Shown here: positions 1 through 11,482 of the stretch, in pieces | Position numbering within the stretch: position 1 is the first letter of the stretch | Layout: each line of letters begins with the position of its first letter | Assembly (NCBI GenBank): GCA_013115145.1 | Contig: JAAPAO010000008.1 | Location: 62,001-126,000, forward strand | DNA length: 64,000 nt | Direction of reading: 5' to 3' | From: Perkinsus chesapeaki ATCC PRA-425 | Lineage: Eukaryota > Protista > Perkinsozoa | Program-made: the position numbers and the translations under genes | The notes under the pieces: generated by a model | The model's database searches: none | Told to the model about the DNA's origin: nothing | Seen by the model: only the letters and a program-made list of their open reading frames with translations

Positions 1-2
1 AA

Positions 3-209
3 GAGTTTGAAAGGAGCGAGAGGGAAGCCAGACGGTTGGCGGCCATGGAAGAGGCAGCGGGCTTAGGAAGGGAAGGTCGCGGTGATGAGCGCAGTGGTGG
101 GCATGGACGCCGGGGGAATAGTGGGGGCAAGGGGAAAGGGAATCGACGAGGAGGCCGGTGGGAGGGCGGTAATCGCCGGAAGGCAGCCGCAGCAGCTCAG
201 AAAGTTTAA
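3..209 (+). CDS. 3' end of an unidentified gene (basic, Gly/Arg-rich C-terminus), 5'-truncated by the window
   Basis: Frame 3 is open from the window edge: EFERSEREARRLAAMEEAAGLGREGRG...NRRKAAAAAQKV, stop TAA at 207-209, followed by AT-rich sequence. No family motif recognised. Confidence 0.45.
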   Translation, partial: EFERSEREARRLAAMEEAAGLGREGRGDERSGGHGRRGNSGGKGKGNRRGGRWEGGNRRKAAAAAQKV

Positions 210-661
210 TTGCTATGTGTTGAAAATTATGGCGTTGGGCCATTGTATACATTATTATCATTGTGTTTATTGAGGCATTTTCAAAGAGTCGGATGCTACT
301 TGAGTTAGTTTAAATGCTACTCCCGAAACCATCGAAAATTGGAGTCCTTTGACCTTCTCTAAACCGTCTCTATGCTTGGATAACTGACACGACTTTAATC
401 TCGTCACTAGTAGCTTTATTGGGAAAGAGCTGTGTTATTTGGTGTTATTCGTGCCCTTCACAAATAACCTTTACTGCTTCATCAGCAGCAGCTCATTCAA
501 AATGGATGTGATAGGTTTGCCTTGCTGGTTCTAAAAAGTGACTTGTTATATTTCTCCTGAGCGTGTTTTAGAAAGGAGGAGCTCAGAGTGGATGAAAGAG
601 TAAAATGATTGTGAGTTGGTAGTAGCCTCAAGTCGATCGGTAAATGATTTAGTACTTTATA

Positions 662-1050
662 ATGTCCAATTATCGTCCACTGCACTATAGCGCTGCCGCC
701 AATGCCCCCTCCAACCACGGCCATCCACCCGGCCCTCCGTTTCGTTTAGGACATCGGCACCCAGGAACTTCTCTCGCATTATGTGCCAGCCCGCCGGGTA
801 TCCGTCCTCGGTCTGTAATGCTGATGGCCAGCGACTTCACGCCGCTTGTGCTGAGCCATAGGACTGTGCAAGTCCTGTCTTACGGAGAGGCGGAGGAGCT
901 GAGTCGGACGGTGCTGCTGGCTAATATGCCTTTTCCGCAGTTCAACGGCCAGCAGAACTCGGACGCCCACGAAATCACCATTATTAAGTTCTATCACAAA
1001 TGGCTTAGTGAGTACGGCACTGTTAAGAAGGTATGAGTTGCCTGTAGCTC

Positions 1051-1088
<38 letters not shown>

Positions 1089-2703
1089 GAGCGCTGCCTC
1101 AGGTGGAGCCGTGCGATCCTCCTGGCTCGTTAATTTGCACTTTTACTCACAGAGACGCTGCCTTACGAGCAGTTACGGCGATGCACCAAAGTTGCCCAGT
1201 GGTGGCTGGCTCTCGAGGTGGAGCTCGAGAGGCTCAGGTAGTACTGGCGGCCACATTTTGGCGAATGCCCAGTGAAGTGGTAGGTCTTGGCTAGCTTGGC
1301 TTCAAGCAGGAGAAAGCTTCATTCGGTTGAGGGCCGTCAGGTGAGCCGCCTTCCTAAGGTTTGATGGTGACCAGTAAAGTGTCCATAGTTCTACTCGTAT
1401 GACAGTATGCTGCCATTCACCACCACTAGCGGCTTGGCTACTGACAAGAGAGCCTCCATTGCTGTTTGTATTAAGAATATCCCTCCGACTTCGTCGAGGG
1501 GGGAGATCTGTGCTGTTATTGGCTACTTTGCCAGAGTAATTGCGGTGGCAACATGCGCTCTGGTTGTTCATAGTTGCTGATGCTGCCTTAGTCTGCCTAC
1601 GTCCCTCCCGAGGCCCAGCCCAGAGGTAAGGTCACATGCTACTTCCGCTGTGCAGGAGAGGCCTATCTCGTAATGGCTGCCATCAACTACGCGTGCCGGG
1701 ATGGTCCACTCTACCTTGCCGAGGAAACATACCGCAATTTCGTAAGGGACTCCCATCATTTTAGCGCTACATGTTCGAGCAGTTTCCTCGCACCTGGATC
1801 ACTGGCCGTGTGTGTGCCTGCAGGGTGAAGGGTGATTTCGTTGCGAAGAGCAGGAGTAGGCATGTGCATGTTTGTCGGTGTATCTCCTATTTGCGGCAGA
1901 GCAACTGCCCTCGGTGGCACCGCTGCTGGCAACGGCACGGGACCCAGCTAAGGCTTTGGGAATCCTTTTGGATATGACACGTCAGAGGATCGAGGAAGAT
2001 ATCACTCCGGCGAGCGGCAGGAATCGACGGGTCACCAATGGGAGGGGAGCGAGCGAAAGCAGCACCAGTGGGATTGGAAGTATGCAGGCTCTGGGGATGG
2101 AACTTGCGCGCGAACGGGCAGAATCGGTTTCAGATGTCCGCTGCCCGCCAAGCTCGGCTCGGTCAACGCCTCGCTCTTCGGAGCCCCTTTTGGTACCACC
2201 AGCTGCATTTCAGGATCCCATTGGCAATTGTCTAGCTTTCAATGTAGAGTGTCCCCGGGCTAGGCCACCATCAGATGTGTACTGCCCTTTCAGCCCTTCG
2301 CCCTACATGCCTTGCGGAGGGCGTATGAGCTATTGCTGGCTTCGTGGTATACATCGGGAGCTTTGGTGCTACCTAAGCCTGACACTGGGCCGCATTATAG
2401 CCGCGGCGCCGCCCCAGCGAGGTGGGTTGGTGCTGTCTGTTTGGTGCCAAATGGGGTTCTGACGCTTCATATTACCATTGTTAAATCCATCAATAAAATC
2501 TTGGAGGCATCTGATATTTGTTATTTCAGGCAAGACCTTTATGAATCTGCTGCCCATGTACGAGGGCATCGGTCTGCAACAGCAGACCCCCACCAAGGAG
2601 AACGTCCTTTGTAGATTATTATTATTATTATTATTTCATCATCGGGGTTGTTATTACCATTGCAGGGTTGCATTGTCATATAAGGAAACGTTTGGTGGCT
2701 TAG
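662..2703 (+). CDS. Multi-exon RNA-binding protein with at least two degenerate RRM-like domains
   Basis: Hand-spliced exons give RTVLLANMP...WLSEYGTVKK|VEPCDPPGSLICTFTHRDAALRAVTAMH (RRM-like) and AVCIKNIPPTSSRGEICAVIGYFARVIA (second RRM-like), then a Ser/Pro-rich region. GT-AG introns, e.g. 1031-1092. The 3' end is uncertain. Confidence 0.6.
1052..1084 (+). repeat. (GCT)11 trinucleotide microsatellite in intron 1 of the RRM gene
   Basis: Eleven perfect GCT units read directly, lying between donor GTATGA (1031) and acceptor CTCAG (1092). Confidence 0.95.
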
Positions 2704-2774
2704 CACGTATTAGCGTTCCCATCATCTCCTGTGTTTCGTTCGTCAATATTTCGTTGAACTACCCTCAGAGTAAA

Positions 2775-3595
2775 CTACCGTACAATAGCCGACCTAAACG
2801 AGGTGTACTCAACTGTAGGGGCAATAACCATCATCCGAAATACGACAGCCACACCTGTAGTAAAGAACGCCCAATCATCGGCCGTGGAGCGTGGTGGCCG
2901 ATGTGGTGCTCCGCCACGGCGGGAATGTCCCAGGCTAAAACTGATAGCCAGTTGCAAGTGGGCTTCCTTCGAGCAGCTTAACCAGCAGTCTTGCCCGCAA
3001 ACCATTCTTTCGGTTTGGGAACATGACGATATTAATACATCTGAATGCTCGGGGCTCGATGACGGAAAACCACAATGGGGAAGAACAATCTCGCCAGTTT
3101 GATCTTACCAGGTCGAATCAGATCTTCCTCGCTGGCCTTCGGTTCCGTGCTTTTACGAATAGGAAGTAGGGACGGTCGCTCCGCGCTCCACGACATGGTT
3201 CCCCTCCTGTCCATTCTGTGCACCAGAAAAATTGAGGAGAGCCCAGCTCGTATGAGTGTTATAGGAAGAAGCAATGCATTATGAGCGTTAGCAACTACCG
3301 CCCAGGCAGCCCCAACTTCAGGCGACTCTATTGAGAAGAGCGTCACCGCGTCACATTTCAAACGCGAGTGTGTCGACTGTAGCATGCAAGAAAGTTGCCT
3401 AATAGGCGGTGCCTATTCAACTCGCCACAGGAATGCTCGCTCCTCTACGTTGCTGTAGTGCTCTGCTTGTATACTGTAACAGAACCGATAAATGTCACTA
3501 CGGCAATATGAAGTGTCTGTAGATTTGAAGCTTTGCCCTTGCCGTCTATAGGGATTAGCTATACAGCTTGGTAGTGTCAGCTTGGTAGCTGGCAT
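2775..3595 (-). CDS. Possible small multi-exon hypothetical gene
   Basis: Minus-strand ORF pieces (3032-3385, 2775-3005) with plausible minus-strand GT..AG introns (e.g. GTGTGG...CCCTACAG near 2810-2851). No recognisable domain and the start is not defined. Confidence 0.25.
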
Positions 3596-3731
3596 TCAGC
3601 CTACTCGAATATGTCATTTGCCCCCAAAGTTGCTGAGTTGCCCACCGACTAATCAATTCGTATAACGCTTATCAACGGGCTACCAGAAGAGACTGATGTT
3701 TATGGTTTAACCGTAAATAACAGTCTGTTGG

Positions 3732-3758
3732 TCGTACTAACCGTAACGGTTAGTACGA
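3732..3758. promoter_or_regulatory. Perfect 13-bp inverted repeat (TCGTACTAACCGT-A-ACGGTTAGTACGA) upstream of UGDH
   Basis: The palindrome is read directly. Each arm holds TAACCGT, which fits the Myb-type YAACNG consensus, and a third TAACCGT lies at 3708-3714. The regulatory role is inferred from its intergenic position. Confidence 0.5.
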
Positions 3759-4293
3759 AAGCTGCTCGCGGCCACCGGTCATGGGTTCTAGTTCGCTCGC
3801 TTTGTCATCTCAACGTCATAATAACCTTTCGTGAGCGGTCAATTAGTTGCGACCGGCAGCGTTGTGACCGCTTGAGTTGTCTCCTTTTTCTCCCCAATTT
3901 GCAAGACATTATCCTTCCTGCCGGTTCTTATATTTAGCTGTGGGCATGAAACACCTGAAGGGATAATGAGCGTTGCACTTCTTACTATATCTCACGGTAC
4001 AGTGCCATCGGTTCGAACCATCGGTGTGTTGCAGTGTGAACGGCGGCGCATCGGTCACGTGTTCACCTACAGGTTTGTGATGGAGCACACGTGGGGTACG
4101 TCACGCTTGGGTGGAATGTTGCTCCATATGACTACAGCTTTCTTTATTGTCATCCGCCATGCTCTTTCGTTTAGTGCTGGTAGAATGCTGGGGTCGAAGT
4201 TGGTATCCAATTCTTGAGTCATCTATTCGCAAGGAGGCTTTAGTCTTGTGCGTGTTGTGTCAGCTCCGCTTAAACCCAGGTGATCTGGGATCC

Positions 4294-6461
4294 ATGACCG
4301 CTACCACTTTCACCGACTATGATACCAATGGTGGAGGCCCAGCGTAAGTCTATGTGTGTTTGTGCGCCCGTCCGAATGAGATTAACTCATCAGAGTCTCG
4401 CCAATCCGTACTATCTGCACGACACGCATCTGCTGCATTGGCGCGGGATACGTCGGAGGCCCAACTATGGCCATGATTGCCTACAAGTGTCCGCATATCC
4501 AAGTAGCCTCTCCGTGGCTTCATCACATCATCATCACAATGAACATCATCACTCCACCAGGTCTGTGTCGTTGATGTATCCGAGCCTCGGATAGCTGCAT
4601 GGAATTCAAACAACTTGCCTATCTACGAGCCAGGCCTTGCTGAGGTACCCTTGTGTACATCTAGGCTTCTGGGATTGCCACATTCAGATCGTAAAGCACT
4701 GCCGCGGCCGTAATTTACATTTTTCAACAAATGTTGGTGCTGCCATCGCAGACTGCGATATCATCTTCGTATCGGTGAACACCCCGACCAAGTAGGGCTC
4801 GGCCGATTCCATGAAATACTCAAGATTTGCAGGAAGTATGGCCATGGGGCGGGAAGAGCTGCGAACCTCGCGCCCTGGGAAGGAGCCGGCAGGACGATTG
4901 CGGCACATTCTCGGGGACCGAAGATAATCATCGAGAAGAGCACGGTAGGCAAGGCAATCAAAATCTGGTATGATGATGTTGGATAGGTGCCGGTGAGGAC
5001 AGCCGCGGCACTACAGAGGGTCCTGGATGGCCAGGGTACCTCACAGAAATACGTCATACTTAGCAATCCCGAATTCCTCGCCGAAGGGACTGCAATGGCA
5101 GACCTGGCCGACCCAGACAGGGTAGGTGGTGGCACTGGTGAGGCGGTGAGGGAAGATCGTTCTTTTCAAGGTGCTTATAGGAGGGCCACAAAACAGTGAT
5201 GGTCGTTTTTCAATTGATGTTATAGCCGATGTCTACGCCAACTGGGTCCCACGTGAACGTATAATCACCACCAACTTGTGGTCCAGTGAACTTTCGAAGT
5301 TGGTTGCCAATGCATTTCTAGCCCAGCGAGTCTCCAGTAGGCCATACCAGCGGCAAGTGTGTGCGATTGGAGACCTTCCTCAGGCATCAACGCGATATCG
5401 ATGCTATGTGAGAAGACAGGAGCCGATGTCAGTGAAGTTGCCCACGCAATTGGTGATTGCTGGCTTCGAAGACTTCCATGGGATGCACTTCCCTCAGGCA
5501 CCGACTCCCGGATAGGGCCGAAGTTCCTGAATGCGTCCGTCGGATTCGGCGGGTCTTGCTTCCAGAAGGACATACTAAACCTAGTGTAAGTAGTGGGCAG
5601 ATGTGAGACAGAATAGGGCTTGGGCAGATACTTATGTGAGCAATTCAACCTTCCAGAAGTGGCGCGGTATTGGCGTCAAGTGGTGGAGATGAACGAGTTA
5701 CAGAAGACCCATTTTGTGAGCATCTGTTCGGTCACGCTCAGAAGGCGTTGGTCAGGTCCAGAAAATAATACATTCAATGTTCAACACAGTGCAAGGCAAG
5801 AAGATCTGTATTCTAGGCTTTGCTTTTAAAAAGGTGCAGCTGAAGCTTGTTTGACCGCCAGGCAGCAGTTCATCAGGATACCGGAGACACTCGAGAGTCG
5901 GCTGCCTTGTCGATATGCGCTCAACTCATGCACGATGGTGCGCTACTTCATGTGTATGATCCTCAAGTGACAAGAGAACAGGTGTCAATGCTTACTGATA
6001 AAGTGTGGGGAATATCGCCACGCTTAGGCTCTACTGGAGTTCTCTGATCATGGTATGTCGTTTGACTTTGATAAACAGTTTATAACTGCGGATCAGCCGG
6101 CCAGTGCGGCAAGTGAATCTCATGCCATTGTGGTGCTCACCGAATGGGACATGTAGCGGCCCTCTCATGCTTAGTGCGTAGTACATTGTTTGGCTAGGTT
6201 CAAGGAACTGCCCTATGAGGAATACTTTAATACGATGGTCAAGCCCGCCTTCATTTTCGATGGCAGAAATATTTTGAACCACCAGAGGTTCGTCATATGC
6301 AGCCAACGCTTTCGAAATACTCTTTGCTGCTGTTCAGTTTGGTGCGCATTGGTTTTGAGGTCCACGCCATCGGCAGGGCCGTGAGGGGCCGGTTGTCTGC
6401 TAAGAGCCTTTATCCGACCAGTCCTCGGTCTGTAGCAAGCTCGCCAGAACGATGCACGTGA
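4294..6461 (+). CDS. UGDH: UDP-glucose 6-dehydrogenase (multi-exon)
   Basis: Spliced motifs [44 protein letters not shown]|[33 protein letters not shown], catalytic [27 protein letters not shown]. Confidence 0.95.
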
Positions 6462-6895
6462 AATAATAAGGATCCCGGAAGGGACTGTCTCTTAAGAGAT
6501 TGCTGTTTTTTGGTACACATTATCCACCGAATTTATGAGACTCGAGTTGATTACAGTGTCGGTAAAATAACAAAAAATGCAGGCAATGTTTACACTTCGG
6601 TGCACCGGAACAGATGTATTGCGTCCAGTATCATCGAGGACTTCTTGAGTATTCCCCCGAACGCCTAGGCTTATTATCGACAATCGTTAACCGTTATGCG
6701 AAAGTACAACTTAGCGGCTACATGGAGTTCATCATACTAGTTGCTGCAACGCGGAGGTTGACCGTCCGAGGGTCTGGAAGGCCGCGATGGCCATCTATCC
6801 AAGGGGCGCGCGCAAATCGATCAGGTGATCGATTTGTCGGCGGCCAGCTACTTGCGCCCGTGTAGATCCCCATCGACATCCATCCACGCCTCATC

Positions 6896-7674
6896 ATGGC
6901 CGATCAGGTACTACTAGGGTGGATTATAGGCATTGTTGATGGCACTAGTGGCTCAACTGTTAGTGGCATTGTGTGTTTGACGGTTCTCTAGCCCTAACTA
7001 TGTCTGATCTTGTCGGCTTTAATCACTTTCTGTGGTCTGTCATGTGTGGGTCGATGAATCATTAATACCGTTTAAGATTAACACCTTAAGTGCTTATTAA
7101 CCATTTGTTTTTATTTCAGCACGAGAAGGCTTTCCAGAAGCAGGACGCTGTCTTCCTTGGAAACAAGAGGGCCCTTAAGTCCAAGAAGGGTCTTCGCTGG
7201 TTCAAGAACGTTGGTCTTGGCTTCCAGACCCCTAAGGAGGCCATTGAGGGAACTTACATCGATAAGAAGTGTCCCTTCACTGGCAACGTCAGCATCCGTG
7301 GTCGTATTTTCCGCGGTATGGTGATCTCCAACAAGATGCAGAGGACTATTGTCGTTCGTCGCCATTATCTTCATTACATCAAGAAGTACAACCGTTTCGA
7401 GAAGAGGCACAGCAACACCGCCGTGCATTGCAGGTAGTATTCTTGCACGGGTTAAGAGTAGCGCTGTTAGTCCCTTGGACTATCGTTCGGTGATCATCTG
7501 TGCTACTGCTGTACTCATGTTCCTTTTTTCAGTCCTTGCTTCGAGGCCAAGGAAGGTGATATTGTGACCTGCGGTCAGTGCCGTCCTCTTAGCAAAACCG
7601 TGCGTTTCAACGTCTTGAAGCTCGAGAAGAACCAGATCTTCGGTACCGCCAAGAAGCAGTTCCGTCTCTTCTAA
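6896..7674 (+). CDS. RPS11: 40S ribosomal protein S11 (uS17); exons 6896-6907, 7120-7433, 7533-7674
   Basis: MADQ|HEKAFQKQ...[34 protein letters not shown]...[13 protein letters not shown]|SPCF...[15 protein letters not shown]...KKQFRLF. Confidence 0.97.
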
Positions 7675-7905
7675 GTAGCTGATGACACTCTGAAGGCCAA
7701 TGGATGATGACGGTCTGGGAAGATAGTCTCTTTCCGAATTTACCGCCGCTCTTGCGTTTGAAGTTTTTTATTCTGGATGGGGTATTAATCTAGAATGTAC
7801 TTCGAAGGATATATGATTCCTCTTCAAAGTCTGTATTAATTAATTCGACTAACAACGCAAGTTGGTGTCAATAATACATACACTTTAATCAGGAAACATG
7901 AACAC

Positions 7906-8931
7906 TTATAGCAGAATAGCACGACCATTGATCCAACCATGGAAGTCCCGCTGAGTGATACCTATACGCCCATCGTTACATAAAGCGTTCATAACGAATG
8001 TGAGCTCATCAGATCGGAAAGATATGCCGGCAACTTGACCTAAGATACGCGTAAATCTTTATAGTGCGTTATAAGGATATGGAGCTCACCACTGAGCAGA
8101 TTGAACTCATCGGCGTTCATCCCTTCTTGAGGATTTGACCTCGCATAGGAGTTGAACATTTGCTCCGTATCGGCGTTTTGTCGGCGAACTTGCTGACGAA
8201 CCTGTACTAAGTGTACTAAGTGTAAGATGCCAGGGGGGAACATCCTACCCGGTTGAGTTTTCTAGACTTCATAGCACCCATTACTGTTGCAAAGACTCCG
8301 ATAAGGAATACATAGAAGCCGAGGACGACTGCACCGAAGTACCTGTGGTACTGCTGCTGTTGTCCCTTGCTGCCTTAAAAGGCTCACCAGATCTGATTAT
8401 CCCATAGTGTGGCAAATGTCATAGTACCGAGGAAAATATACCAAATTCCTCTGCCGGTGAACCGTGTTAGAAAGGCGAAGTATTTGACAATGAAGGCCTA
8501 GTGGGGACGCCAGTGTGATAGGCGCTGGGTTGATGGGTTAGATTCACCTGGGCCTCTACGATACCTTTAAACCGGACTGGTGCGTCTAGGATGAACATTT
8601 TAGTGCCAAAGACCAAGAGATAGACACAGTCGATCAAATCGAAGGGAGCTATCTCGGTGAGGAATACCTGTGGGACTTGTCTGTGGGGCTTATGATCCTC
8701 TTTACCTCGATGGTAGATATGAGACTGGCGGCCACCACACAGCAGGCTGCCGAGAAGAATATGAGATCCATTGTCATCGACATTTGGGATGCATGAGCTT
8801 TCCAAGCCGCCACGGTGCTCACTACGTTCTGAGCACCTGGTTAACAGATGTCAGTTGGTCCGTAAAAGCTTACCTCCTTCGAGGTCGACTCGACGGAATC
8901 CTTGAGCGATAGGATTGGATGGGCGGCTCAT
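7906..8931 (-). CDS. COPI-associated (Tvp15-like) membrane protein with a soluble C-terminal extension
   Basis: Minus-strand exons give hydrophobic helices and IVKYFAFLTRFTGRGIWYIFLG, matching the COPI_assoc/Tvp15 FL..F.GRG.FY.F.G motif. The C-terminus has EF-hand-like segments (GMNADEF, GRIGITQRDFHGW). Confidence 0.7.
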
Positions 8932-9616
8932 AAATAATAAGCTACCCGAAGAAAAGGTGTTGTAACTTACCACTAAAGGCTTACTCTTAAGAAAAGAGCA
9001 AACAAAACGGCTTCATTTGTAGCCGGTCATTTTCTAACACGGCAAATGCGATTAATACTGACGACACTGTATGGTGAAGTGGTTGATGTATGGCTCATAA
9101 CGTGGCCGGGTAACACGTACAAATGGCGCGCAAGACGAGGTACGCTAATCTAATGGGAAAGGCGTGCAATACACAGCTAAGAGCAAGCTACAGATGCGTA
9201 TCCTATATAGGGCAGTATTATGCCGTAGTTTAGGTATCCTGCTGAGCCGCTGTAGCCATTAATAACGTAAGAGTGATGGTATGAGATGAATAACTTCAAG
9301 ACGTGTCCCCGAGCGAGCATATGAAGAACGTACAGAGAGAACGCAAATTGTGCGGCACTAAGAGAGAAGGGACTAGAAGAACGCATATAGGAGCGCACCT
9401 TATGGAACAAAAGCCAGGGCTAATCGATAGTTGGTTAAGTAAATGCTTCAAAAGGAAAGATGAATTGGTTCGATTAAGATTCGAGGGCGCGCGCTTTTCG
9501 CTTTTGTTGATCTTTACCGTTGAAGCACGCAGGCACAGTCTCTAGAAGGAAGTGGGAGCAGGGAGTAGGTATATTACTCAGGTGACACCTATTTATCTAA
9601 TTTCTTTCATTTTCCA

Positions 9617-11482
9617 ATGGCTAATGCCGGCTTTGTTACATCCTCAAGAATTAAATCATCAACGGAGAGCAGCGGCAAAGAGGCCGGCGATGCCATATTA
9701 AAGAGTTTGACCAATGATGCGCATCTGGAGTCCCCACTAGTTGTAGGCCGCCAGGCAGCTACTAGACTTTTTGATTTTTGCACTGAAGCCTGGTCTAAGG
9801 ACTCTCATGCTCGACCTAAAGATATGTGTAGCTATCGCTACCGTATGGACAGTGGTGAGATCACCGCCACGGTTATTCTGCGTCTTCCGGGTCGCACGAA
9901 CCCTATGGTTGTGCCCAACTCCCAGAACTGGTTCAGGAATCGCTCTAACGCTCAGAACGCGGCCGCCTTGCGAGCTCTGGTCGAGCTTGGTGTAGTGAGG
10001 CGCCCCACCAAGCGCGAGGAGGATGCTATCTTTGGTGACAACTTGGTGGACTTCCATAAATTGGTTGCCGAAGAGCAATCTTCTGAAACTAAAACAGAGA
10101 AGAAGTCGTCGGAGAATTGCACCACTGTTGGGCGTGCTCCCCCTCAATTTAATGGTCCCTACGCTCAATACAAGGCCCCTATGTTACCTCATCCCCGCTG
10201 GGTTGGCAAACCTACTTGGCGTTCTCTCAAATCATCTAAATCAGCATCACCAGTATCCTCTATTGGTTCGTATGAAGGTTGCGCTGAACCTACTCCTAAA
10301 TCCTATCCAGGCTATCACCTGTCACAGAGGCAAAACAGTGGTGATGCATCTACCCTTGCCGATAGTGAAAGCAGCGTTAGTATTAGGAATGTTATAGTTG
10401 ACGGTGCTCAAACGGTTGATAGATTTGGCGTCCGTCAGCAGCACCATCACACTACGGCTGAGGATGCTGCGGGTCACCATGGTTACTATTACGCTGAAGA
10501 TGGCTACTATCAAGGTCCTGCTCAAGAAGCATCTGGTCTACAGCAACAACAGTATGGTGATTATTATCATAATGGTTACTATCATCACCCTATGCACTCT
10601 GGTGTGTACTATAGTGTAGCCGCCGCCCCCCAGCCATTGAGCGCATCGCCTGATGGTGGGTCTCCCTATGCTGACAGCTCCTACTCACCGTACTCAACGA
10701 GTGGATATGCCACTTGTACTACTACGACTTCGGTGACCCAGGGTCATACTCCTCAATTCTTCAGTGAGGGTGGTAATGTAGCATCACAGCATTCCACTGC
10801 TGCTTCTGCTCCTCACTATGGTAGTATTCAATACCACCACCACCATCCTCATCATCATCAACAGCAAGTATCCCGGCATAACACAGGCTTTTCCGAGGGA
10901 TGTACTGGCCGCTACTGCCCGACAGTGTATGGGCATCCACAACAGCAGCAGGCTATGCAGCATCAACATCCCTCCTCTGGCATATGCCCTATGCCAACAG
11001 CGCCATCACAGGGCTATAATGTGGCCGGCATACCACCACCGCCTCCTCCTCCGTTAAACCCGTCCCAGTATGGAGCATACCATCATAGGGGTAGCAGCTG
11101 GGACAATCAGGGAGAAATGGAGGTGGTGCCGGCTGCTGCTGCTGCTCACTCGGTCTATCATACTAATGGTGCACCTTGTCTTCCCTGTCAATCCGGGTAT
11201 GAAGATTATCAGCCGTTGTATTATGGTAATATGATGGCATATCCAAATGGTGGTGGTACCGCTCCTCCTCCTCTTCCTCATAATCACAGTTATGGTATTC
11301 ATCACCATGGTGGTTATATGATGAGCTCTGGTGGTTACCTACCTTACATGACCCAACAACAACAACCACCACCGCCACCCTCCTCCTATCAAGTTGATCG
11401 ACAATCCCATCGTGTATGTATTAACAATGACGCAGATGGTTGGACTCCACGTACCGGTGTTGAAGGGGGATATGAGGTCTAG
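9617..11482 (+). CDS. Intronless 621-aa protein: N-terminal dsRBD-like domain plus long Q/H/Y/P/G low-complexity tail
   Basis: Single long ORF. RLFDFCTEAW...YRYRMDSGEITATVILRLP...WFRNRSNAQNAAALRALVELG fits the alpha-beta-beta-beta-alpha dsRBM pattern (terminal K..A...AA..AL..L helix). The C-terminal half is rich in QQQ, HHH, YY and PPP. Confidence 0.65.
   Translation: MANAGFVTSSRIKSSTESSGKEAGDAILKSLTNDAHLESPLVVGRQAATRLFDFCTEAWSKDSHARPKDMCSYRYRMDSGEITATVILRLPGRTNPMVVPNSQNWFRNRSNAQNAAALRALVELGVVRRPTKREEDAIFGDNLVDFHKLVAEEQSSETKTEKKSSENCTTVGRAPPQFNGPYAQYKAPMLPHPRWVGKPTWRSLKSSKSASPVSSIGSYEGCAEPTPKSYPGYHLSQRQNSGDASTLADSESSVSIRNVIVDGAQTVDRFGVRQQHHHTTAEDAAGHHGYYYAEDGYYQGPAQEASGLQQQQYGDYYHNGYYHHPMHSGVYYSVAAAPQPLSASPDGGSPYADSSYSPYSTSGYATCTTTTSVTQGHTPQFFSEGGNVASQHSTAASAPHYGSIQYHHHHPHHHQQQVSRHNTGFSEGCTGRYCPTVYGHPQQQQAMQHQHPSSGICPMPTAPSQGYNVAGIPPPPPPPLNPSQYGAYHHRGSSWDNQGEMEVVPAAAAAHSVYHTNGAPCLPCQSGYEDYQPLYYGNMMAYPNGGGTAPPPLPHNHSYGIHHHGGYMMSSGGYLPYMTQQQQPPPPPSSYQVDRQSHRVCINNDADGWTPRTGVEGGYEV

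Noticed and set aside
3945-4290. ORFs 3966-4217 and 4147-4347 upstream of UGDH
   Set aside because: No motifs, and they overlap probable 5'UTR or intron sequence of UGDH. Not supportable as genes.
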